Shown piece by piece: positions 30,835-38,843 of a stretch of DNA of 64,000 nt; position 1 is the first letter of the stretch; every line of letters begins with the position of its first letter. Both the position numbers and the translations under genes were made by a program. Where the stretch lies: assembly GCA_963766335.1 (NCBI GenBank), contig CAVXZA010000002.1, positions 1,918,791 to 1,982,790 on the forward strand, given 5' to 3'. The notes beneath the pieces are model-generated. The model ran no database searches, had not been told where the DNA came from, and was given only the letters and a program-made list of their open reading frames with translations. Source of the stretch: an uncultured Clostridia bacterium (GTDB lineage Bacteria > Bacillota > Clostridia > DUPQ01).

Positions 30835-31576
30835 AAGATATAATATGAAAATAAGTGAAATAAAATCTATTATAGAAACAATGGACCCCAGGGATGGTAT
30901 CCGCTATGTCGCTTCACTTGAAAAAAATTCAAAAACAGTTAAGTTAAATGAAAAACTGCGTGATGAGCTCAACCGTCTTGTTAATATGCAGAAATTTGAA
31001 AATCAGGTTTTTGAACACCATCTATATAATCCGGTGGGAATAGATGAGGCCGGGCGAGGCCCGTTGGCCGGCCCTGTAGTTGCCGGAGCTGTTATTCTAC
31101 CAAAGGATTATTTGGTATATGGATTAAATGACTCAAAAAAACTATCTGAAAAAAGAAGGAATCTACTTGATGGAATCATAAGGCGCGATGCACTTGACTA
31201 TGCAGTTTATGCAGTTGATAATCATAGAATAGACAAAATTAATATTCTGGCTGCTGCGAAGGAGGCTATGCTGAATTGTGTCAGGAGTCTAAAAAAGGAA
31301 CCCGGGTATATCCTTGTTGATGCAGTACATATAGATGGTACTGATATCAGACAAGCCGGGATTATCAGAGGCGATTCAAGAAGCGTATCAATAGCCGCAG
31401 CATCGATTTTAGCCAAAGTTTACAGGGATTCGCTTATGTATGAGTACGACCGGATTTACCCGGAATATGGTTTCTGCAGGAACAAGGGATATGGAACAAA
31501 AGAACATATTGCAGCATTAAAAAAGTTTGGCCCATGCAAAATTCACAGGTCATCTTTCATCAAAAATATTGTATAA
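30827..31576 (+). CDS. rnhB: Ribonuclease HII
   Basis: GIDEAGRGPLAGPV, DSKKL, SIAAASILAKV, NKGYGT. Confidence 0.95.
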   Translation: MIERYNMKISEIKSIIETMDPRDGIRYVASLEKNSKTVKLNEKLRDELNRLVNMQKFENQVFEHHLYNPVGIDEAGRGPLAGPVVAGAVILPKDYLVYGLNDSKKLSEKRRNLLDGIIRRDALDYAVYAVDNHRIDKINILAAAKEAMLNCVRSLKKEPGYILVDAVHIDGTDIRQAGIIRGDSRSVSIAAASILAKVYRDSLMYEYDRIYPEYGFCRNKGYGTKEHIAALKKFGPCKIHRSSFIKNIV

Positions 31577-31621
31577 TCCATCTATGGGAAAAAACAGCCT
31601 GAAAAAGGCACGGAGGGATAT

Positions 31622-32918
31622 ATGTCATACCTTGAGATGGGAACCAGTGAATTATTACGAGAAAAAATCAAAGTTGAAAATCAATACAACGGTTATTTTG
31701 CCGAAAATCTTAATCTGGCAATGTCCAGAGGCATCCCAAATCATAAAATGATAGAGATTACAGCCAGAAAATTTAAGATCGATTGATGTATATACAAGTC
31801 GAATTCATAAAGATGGAACTGATTTAGGTACATACAATCAGGGCCTCATATCAGGGATAAAGGAAATCAAAGAATTGTTTTCCGAAATACTTTCAGTGGA
31901 TGAAAATAACCTGATTATAGGAGGAAATTCCAGTCTTAATCTAATGTTTGACATGTTTTCGCAGTTAATGCTTCATGGAAACTGTGACAGCAGAAAGCCA
32001 TGGTGTAAAGAGGAGAGGATTAAATTCCTTTGCCCCGTGCCTGGATATGACAGGCATTTCGCAATTTGCGAATATATGGGAATTGAAATGATTAAGGTTC
32101 CGATGACTGAAGAGGGGCCTGATATGGATTATGTTGAAAAGCTTGCTGCTGAAGATGAATTTATTAAAGGCATATGGTGCGTACCGCAATACAGCAATCC
32201 TGACGGGACTGTCTATTCGGATGAAACTGTTAAACGGCTTGCAGAAATGAAAACGAAAGCTTCTGATTTCAGGATATTTTGGGATAATGCATATAGTGTC
32301 CATCATCTATTTACAGGAACTACTAGCGTAGTAAGTAATATTTTAAAAGCCTGTATCGATTCCGGTCATGATAATAGGGTTTACATCTTTGCATCTACTT
32401 CTAAAATTTCAATGCCCGGCTCGGGTGTGGCGGCAATTGCAGCATCTTTAGAAAATGTCGATGATATACTGAACCGTATGAGAAAACAGACAATCGGTTA
32501 TGATAAGCTGAATATGCTCAGGCATGCCTTGGCATTCCCTGACAAAAATACAGTTCTTGCGCATATGAAGGAAGTAGCAGATGTACTAAGGCCAAATTTC
32601 GAAATCACACTCGAGACATTGGATAAAGAATTAGGTAGTCTGGGAATAGCCGACTGGTCGCGCCCCGGAGGCGGATACTTCATTAGTTTTAATACGCTTT
32701 CAGGCAGTGCTTCGCGGATTGTTGACCTATGTTCGGCAGTTGGGGTAAAACTTACGCCTGCCGGAGCCCCTTACCCTTATAAACAGGATCCAAAAGACAG
32801 CAATATAAGGATTGCACCGACTTTCCCTTCTTATAACGATATGAAAAAAGCTGCAGCAATATTCTGCACCTGCGTAAAATTATCAGCACTGGAAAAACTG
32901 ACAGGAGAAAATCAATGA
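31622..32918 (+). pseudogene. PLP-dependent aminotransferase (class I/MocR-like) with a one-base frameshift near 31755-31786
   Basis: GGAGGG + ATG 31622 gives MSYLEM...LNLAMSRGIP, stopping at 31786; a second frame (open from 31755) continues DGTDLGTY...PGYDRHF...YSNPDG...WDNAY...STSKI...RIAP. Confidence 0.75.
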
Positions 32919-34342
32919 GTAAAACATATGAAAGCCCATTTACGCTCAGATGGGCTTCTGAAGAAATGAGATATTTATTTTCACAGGAAAAAAAATTCAC
33001 AACCTGGAGAAAAATATGGGTTGCATTGGCCGAAGCCGAAAGAGAATTAGGTCTTGATATATCAAATGAGCAGATTAAAGAATTAAAAGACAATATCTGC
33101 AATATAGACCTTGAGAGGGCCTCTTTTCATGAAAAACAAACACGGCACGATGTCATGAGCCACATATTGACTTATGGAGAGCAATGTCCGAAGGCAAAGC
33201 CAATAATCCATCTTGGCGCAACATCTTGTTTTGTAGGTGATAACACCGATATCCTTATTATGAAGGAAAGCCTTGAAATCATAAGAAAAAAATTACTTAA
33301 AACTATGGAGAACCTGGCATCCTTTGCCTTGAAATATAAAGACATGCCTACTTTGGGCTTTACGCATTATCAACCTGCTCAGCTTGTCACAGTGGGAAAG
33401 AGAGCGACTTTATGGCTGCAAGACCTGCTTTTAGACCTTGATGAGATTGATTTTGTACTTGATAACATAAAACTTCGTGGGGCAAAGGGTACTACCGGCA
33501 CCCAGGCGAGTTACCTGGAGTTATTTGACGGCGATAATGATAAGACAAAGCAGCTGGATAGAATTATAGCTTCGAAACTAGGTTTGGATCACTCCTATGA
33601 TGTTTCAGGACAGACTTATCCACGTAAAACCGATTCAAGGATTTTAAATATACTTTCACAAATAGCCCAAAGTGCCAGTAAATTCGCAACGGATCTCAGA
33701 CTTTTACAAAATCTAAAGGAAATGGAAGAGCCATTTGGTAAAAAGCAAATCGGCTCTTCGGCAATGGCATATAAAAGAAATCCTATGAGGAGCGAGAGGA
33801 TATGCGGACTAGCGCGTTATGCCATAAACAATGCTCTCAATGGTGCAGTTACCGCCTCCGTACAGTGGTTTGAACGTACTCTTGATGATTCTTCCAACAG
33901 GCGACTTTCACTTTCCGAGTCCTTTCTGGCAGTTGATTCCATTCTCAACCTCTATATGAATATAACTGAAGGAATGGTTGTATATCCAAATGTCATCCGC
34001 AAAAGGGTAATGGAAGAGCTTCCTTTCATGGCTACGGAGATAATTCTCATGACTGCTGTGAAGAGGGGAGGGGACAGACAGGAATTACATGGAAAAATTC
34101 GCAACTGTTCAATGAAAGCTTCTGAAAATGTTAAAAAATTCGGTAAACCAAATAATCTTATTGATCTGATATCGAAAGAAAATGGTTTTGGTATGACATA
34201 TAAGGAAATAGAAGATATCCTAAAACCTGAGAATTTCACCGGACGTGCCTCACAGCAAACTGAAGAGTTCGTTAATAACGTTGTTTTACCTAGAATTTCT
34301 GGTTATGACCTTGAAAATAATAAAGTTGAGATAAATGAATGA
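32915..34342 (+). CDS. purB: Adenylosuccinate lyase
   Basis: RHDVMSH, HLGATS, THYQPAQ, GSSAMAYKRNP. Confidence 0.95.
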   Translation: MSKTYESPFTLRWASEEMRYLFSQEKKFTTWRKIWVALAEAERELGLDISNEQIKELKDNICNIDLERASFHEKQTRHDVMSHILTYGEQCPKAKPIIHLGATSCFVGDNTDILIMKESLEIIRKKLLKTMENLASFALKYKDMPTLGFTHYQPAQLVTVGKRATLWLQDLLLDLDEIDFVLDNIKLRGAKGTTGTQASYLELFDGDNDKTKQLDRIIASKLGLDHSYDVSGQTYPRKTDSRILNILSQIAQSASKFATDLRLLQNLKEMEEPFGKKQIGSSAMAYKRNPMRSERICGLARYAINNALNGAVTASVQWFERTLDDSSNRRLSLSESFLAVDSILNLYMNITEGMVVYPNVIRKRVMEELPFMATEIILMTAVKRGGDRQELHGKIRNCSMKASENVKKFGKPNNLIDLISKENGFGMTYKEIEDILKPENFTGRASQQTEEFVNNVVLPRISGYDLENNKVEINE

Positions 34343-34361
34343 AAATTCTTGACGTTTAGTG

Positions 34362-34392
34362 TGCTATAATGGATATAGTACATGTCATAACA
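34362..34392 (+). promoter_or_regulatory. Extended -10 (TGCTATAAT) and putative GntR/HutC-type operator TGTCATAACA
   Basis: Extended -10 at 34362-34370; imperfect palindrome at 34383-34392 next to the RBS. Confidence 0.4.
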
Positions 34393-34405
34393 AGGAGTGA
34401 TCTCG

Positions 34406-35155
34406 ATGAAAACCGGTAATAACATGCTTCCACTGCATTCGCAGTTGATGAATGAACTTGAAAAAGCAATATTAGCAGGTAAATATAAACCAGGGGAGTT
34501 AATTCCATCTGAAAACGAACTGGCTGCTTCTCATAAAATTTCTAGGCCTACAGTACGGCAGGCTTTTTCTGAATTAGTTGCAAAAGGTCTGCTGAAAAAG
34601 GTTAAAGGCAAAGGAACCTTTGTCGCGGAATTCAATAAAAGAACTTCCATTGACCATACAAAAGGTTTTATACACGCCCTTCTTGACTGCAATGACAGCA
34701 GCAACAGGGAATTTCTTTCAGTTTATCTTGTCGATGGCAGCGAGATATATCAAATGGATAAGATTACAGATAAATTCGGAGTTGAATTCAGTAAAGGGTT
34801 CAGTGCAAAATTTGTGAGGGCTGAATACAAATTCAAGGATGTGGATGTATATTGCGAATCATTCCTGCCTCTTACTTATTTTCCGGAAGCACCGGGTTTG
34901 CTTGAAAAAAATGCGCTTTCTTATGATTTACTTATTGGAAAGCTTCCATTGGATCCCAGGAATGCAAAATGCATAATGAATATTGTCGCAGCCGATAGAA
35001 AGCAGGCAGATGCTTTAGGCTTGAGTATCGGCGCTCCCATTATCAGGCTGGAGAGTTTTCTGCTAACAGGACGTGCTCTTACAGTAGAATATTGCGCAAG
35101 TTACTGTAAATTGCAGAATACTGAAATTAAATTTTCAAAGAATAGAAAAATTTAA
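34406..35155 (+). CDS. GntR (HutC-like) transcriptional regulator
   Basis: wHTH IPSENELA...ISRPTVRQA...GKGTFV; UTRA-like C-terminus. Confidence 0.9.
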   Translation: MKTGNNMLPLHSQLMNELEKAILAGKYKPGELIPSENELAASHKISRPTVRQAFSELVAKGLLKKVKGKGTFVAEFNKRTSIDHTKGFIHALLDCNDSSNREFLSVYLVDGSEIYQMDKITDKFGVEFSKGFSAKFVRAEYKFKDVDVYCESFLPLTYFPEAPGLLEKNALSYDLLIGKLPLDPRNAKCIMNIVAADRKQADALGLSIGAPIIRLESFLLTGRALTVEYCASYCKLQNTEIKFSKNRKI

Positions 35156-35191
35156 CTTTTTCAGGCTATTCTTCGGGAGTAGGGGAGGGCG

Positions 35192-35222
35192 AAGGAGCAG
35201 GTGTATAGCTTGTTCCTTTTTT
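35192..35222 (+). terminator. Intrinsic terminator after gntR
   Basis: AAGGAGCAGG...CTTGTTCCTT followed by a T run. Confidence 0.65.
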
Positions 35223-35460
35223 ATGTCCGCCGCCATATAAAGGATCGCCGTCAAGGAACCTGTCTTTTATAAAATCACAGGATGATAGTAGAAGCATAAG
35301 TATAATAAGTGCTATAATTAAGAGTTTTTTCATTACAACCTCCGGTTACCATTTTAATCATTATAATATAAATTATCAAATTGTAAAATATTATCATTTA
35401 TGTTAATATCTAATTAATATAGATAAGGGAATGTTATTAGTTTGAATAAGGGGCCTGAAC

Positions 35461-37092
35461 ATGCTGGATAAGGCAGTTGAGAATGCTAACATCGAAATGA
35501 TTTTGGTCAACAAGAACGGGGATATTGTTTACGGCAATAGTCTTTTTGTTGCACATCATGATTATGATGCCGGCAGAACTACAATCTATGACATCTTTAT
35601 TGAACTTACCCATAGCAAATGGAAAGAAGAATGGAACCTGCTTCAAAAAAACGGTACAAATAAGTACGATACTTATGTAATGCAGATAGAAGGACATGCA
35701 AACAATTATGAAGTCCTTGAAAGCATGATGAAGATAGATGAAAACAAACTTGTTTCAATCTATTTGATCGATATAGAAAACCGCAAGGAACTTGAAGAAA
35801 ATCTTATTCATTCAGTTACCCATGACACACTGACAAGCCTGCCTAACAGAAAAGGCATGGATAAAGTCATAAACAGGATGCTAAAGTATGAAAAAGGCGC
35901 CGTTATGTTTATTGACCTTGATAATTTCAAGAGGGTTAATGACATATACGGGCATGAATCGGGCGATGAACTTATTAAAAATGTCGCTGACAGAATAAAG
36001 AGCATACTTCCGGAAAATGCTGTCCTTGGCCGACAGTCAGGCGATGAATTCATTCTGGTTCTTAAAGACATTGAAAATTTCAAAGAAGGAATTCGTCTTG
36101 CAAAAAAACTGACAGACACTTTAAAATTACCATTCAACATTAATAAAAATATATTATATCTAAGCGCCAGCGTCGGCACTGCTTTTTATCCTGAACACGG
36201 CCGGAGCAGGGCGGCTATTTTGTCCAGCGCAGATATAGCAATGTATAAGGCGAAGGTCCAGGGCAAAGCTCGTTTTGTTCTTTATAACAATGAAATGAAA
36301 TATAATCTAATTGATAGGCATAATATGTATGTCGAACTTGAAAGAGCCCTTGAAAATAAGGAGTTTGAGTTGTATTTACAACCAATATATAACGTAAAAT
36401 TGTCAAATATAATCGTACTTGAATCTTTTATAAGGTGGCAGCACCCTGAAAAAGGAATAATATATCCCAATGAATTCATACCTCTCGCTGAAGAAACAGG
36501 TTTAATTATAGAAATAGGGAAGTGGGTTCTCAAGGAATTATCGCGCATAATGAGGTATTTTAGGGAAAACGGCATTAAAAAGCTAAGTTTTTCAGTAAAT
36601 CTCTCTCTATTCCAGCTGGATGATCATGGATTTGTCGAATTTATTAATAAACAGTTTGAAAAGAACGGGTTGAAAAAGAAACGGTTGTGTTTTGAAGTTT
36701 CTGAAGAGCTTGTGCAAAATATATCACATGTCGAAATAGATAGGTTAAAGGAACTTCGTGAAAACGGTTATAAAATAGCTATTCACGATTTCGGTTATAA
36801 ATATGCACTCATGTCAATCCTGGACAAAATAGAGCCGGATATTATTAAAATTAATAAACTCCACAACAAGATACACGACCTGGAAGTACAGAAACAAATA
36901 ATTGAGAATTTAAAAACCCTGTCAGACTATATGGATATCAAATTATTCTGCGAAGGCGTTGAAACAGAGCTGCAGTTTACAACGTTCAAGGAAATAGGCA
37001 TCAGATATATGCAGGGATTTCATCTTGGCAAACCTCAAACTGTTGAGAACAGCTTGAAAACCCTTAGGGAAGACAGGCTGACAGCCATTTGA
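35461..37092 (+). CDS. PAS-like/GGDEF/EAL c-di-GMP signalling protein (SGDEF; degenerate EAL)
   Basis: HDTLTSLPNR, FIDLDNFK, RQSGDEF; ESFIRW, HDFG, EGVE, QGF. Confidence 0.9.
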   Translation: MLDKAVENANIEMILVNKNGDIVYGNSLFVAHHDYDAGRTTIYDIFIELTHSKWKEEWNLLQKNGTNKYDTYVMQIEGHANNYEVLESMMKIDENKLVSIYLIDIENRKELEENLIHSVTHDTLTSLPNRKGMDKVINRMLKYEKGAVMFIDLDNFKRVNDIYGHESGDELIKNVADRIKSILPENAVLGRQSGDEFILVLKDIENFKEGIRLAKKLTDTLKLPFNINKNILYLSASVGTAFYPEHGRSRAAILSSADIAMYKAKVQGKARFVLYNNEMKYNLIDRHNMYVELERALENKEFELYLQPIYNVKLSNIIVLESFIRWQHPEKGIIYPNEFIPLAEETGLIIEIGKWVLKELSRIMRYFRENGIKKLSFSVNLSLFQLDDHGFVEFINKQFEKNGLKKKRLCFEVSEELVQNISHVEIDRLKELRENGYKIAIHDFGYKYALMSILDKIEPDIIKINKLHNKIHDLEVQKQIIENLKTLSDYMDIKLFCEGVETELQFTTFKEIGIRYMQGFHLGKPQTVENSLKTLREDRLTAI

Positions 37093-37171
37093 AAAATATA
37101 CTTACTTAAGACAAAATAAAAGTTTTGTCTATATTAGAGGATTGATTATGCTCGAATAACCTTATTTTAAC

Positions 37172-37195
37172 AAAAAGCCGCTTTTGCGGCTCTTT
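37172..37195. terminator. Bidirectional terminator between convergent genes
   Basis: AAAAAGCCGC-TTTT-GCGGCTCTTT. Confidence 0.75.
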
Positions 37196-37264
37196 CCATA
37201 TCTGAAAGCTTATTGTTTATTACTTTATGTCTTCTTTTTCTTTTTGCTTATGAATAAATTATTC

Positions 37265-38614
37265 TTATAAATTCAGAAGCCGCATAGCAACACTGAAATA
37301 AATTAAAACAGTAACTGCATCAACTATAGTTGTTATCAACGGAGCCGCCATAATTGCCGGGTCCAGTTTTAATTTTTTTGCAATTATAGGCAGGCTTCCG
37401 CCGACAATCTTTGCAACGAAAACCGTTATTATCAAGCTAACGCTTACCGCTGTTATAATGAAAATATTATTGATCCTGTCAATCAAATACATTTTAATAA
37501 AGTTAATAACGGCTAAGAAAAATCCTACCATCAGCGATACACGAAGTTCTTTCCAGATGATTCTGAAGAAATCGCTTAACTCTACAGTACCCAAAGCCAA
37601 TCCGCGGATTATCAAAGTGCTGGCCTGGCTGCCGGCATTTCCGCCTGTGCCCATCAGCATCGGTATATATGCCGTCAGAATGACATATGTAGCCAGCATG
37701 CTTTCATAGCTGCGTATAATAGCCTGTGTAAAAGTAGCTGTTATCATCAGGACCATCAGCCATACAAAACGTTTGCGAGCCATGCTAAATGTTGATGCTT
37801 TAAGATATTCTTCTTCCAAAGGCAAAATAGCTGCCATTTTTTCAATATCTTCACTGACTTCTTCCTGAACGATATCAAGTATATCATCAACCGTTATAAT
37901 TCCGACCAATCTCTGTTCGCGATCAGTAACCGGCATGCTCAATGCGTTGTATTTCCGGAATAAAAGCGAAATTTCTTCAACATCCATAGATGTAGGTATA
38001 TTAATGATTTCTACATCTTCAGACATTATTTCAGATATTTTTTTTGAATTATCTGCCAATACCAGATCTTTAAGTGTAACTTCGCCTTCAAGGATTCTAT
38101 TAGGACCGATTACATAACATGTATTAACAGTTTCTTTATTAATGCCGATCCGCTTGATTCTTTCAATGGACTCCCCCACCGTCATTTCTTTTTTAAGATC
38201 CATGAATTCTATTGTCATGATGCTGCCGGCACTGTCCTCGGGATAATTAAGGAACTGATTTATAATTTTTCTTTTTTCATTATTGGTATTTCTTAAGACT
38301 CTTTTGACAACAATTGCAGGTAATTCTTCTATGAAATCCACTGTATCATCTATAAAAAGCATATCAATCAACTGCTGTATTTCACTATCAGTAATTGATT
38401 GAACTATAAATTCCTGCATATCCGAATCGAGGTTTGAAAAAACCTCTGCAGATATATCCTTAGGCAACAGACGAAATAAATACAGCATCTGTTCATCCGG
38501 TATATCGCCCAGGAATTCTGCGACATCAATCGCATTCATTTCAAGAAGCAAAGCATGCACATCAGCATACTTCTTCTGATCTAATAGTTCAATTATGTAT
38601 TCTTGCAAAGCCAT
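37265..38614 (-). CDS. mgtE: Magnesium transporter MgtE
   Basis: YPEDSAGSIMT, CBS pair, GTGGNAGSQ, DPAIMAAPLITTIVD. Confidence 0.95.
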   Translation of the reverse strand: MALQEYIIELLDQKKYADVHALLLEMNAIDVAEFLGDIPDEQMLYLFRLLPKDISAEVFSNLDSDMQEFIVQSITDSEIQQLIDMLFIDDTVDFIEELPAIVVKRVLRNTNNEKRKIINQFLNYPEDSAGSIMTIEFMDLKKEMTVGESIERIKRIGINKETVNTCYVIGPNRILEGEVTLKDLVLADNSKKISEIMSEDVEIINIPTSMDVEEISLLFRKYNALSMPVTDREQRLVGIITVDDILDIVQEEVSEDIEKMAAILPLEEEYLKASTFSMARKRFVWLMVLMITATFTQAIIRSYESMLATYVILTAYIPMLMGTGGNAGSQASTLIIRGLALGTVELSDFFRIIWKELRVSLMVGFFLAVINFIKMYLIDRINNIFIITAVSVSLIITVFVAKIVGGSLPIIAKKLKLDPAIMAAPLITTIVDAVTVLIYFSVAMRLLNL

Positions 38615-38665
38615 AACTGCCTCCTCAGGACCTGGGACGCAGCTGGTTAAATCGCGTCTTAGTCC
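38615..38665 (-). promoter_or_regulatory. Mutually exclusive sequestrator/anti-sequestrator hairpins over the mgtE RBS
   Basis: Segment 38628-38644 pairs either with 38654-38665 (contains the uORF stop) or with 38615-38628 (contains the GAGGAGG RBS); paired by hand. Confidence 0.6.
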
Positions 38666-38706
38666 ACTTTATTTTTATTACGCCGTTTCGGTAACGGGAC
38701 TTCCAC
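38659..38706 (-). CDS. Putative MgtL-like leader peptide MEVPLPKRRNKNKVD
   Basis: GTG start 6 nt after AAGGACGGTG; two CCG Pro codons then KRR; stop 44 nt before the mgtE ATG. Confidence 0.65.
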   Translation of the reverse strand: MEVPLPKRRNKNKVD

Positions 38707-38843
38707 GATTTTCACCGTCCTTAAAATTACTCTTTTATTATGTTATCTCATAATATTAATTAAGACAAGTATAAAATATTTCCTGCAATTCAGATTGCCA
38801 ATGATTTTCATATTAAAATAATAAATAAAGCTTTCAATATATA

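Noticed and set aside
31527-31751. 74-aa + strand ORF between rnhB and the aminotransferase
   Set aside because: Wrong frame; the RBS-backed, family-like frame starts at 31622
35381-35408. Second dif-like half-site TTATGTTAAT
   Set aside because: No matching ATAA left arm at 6-bp spacing; AT-rich background
38615-38840. M-box (ykoK) riboswitch upstream of mgtE
   Set aside because: The GC-rich leader is only about 110 nt and I recognise no M-box core or terminator; a uORF attenuator fits better
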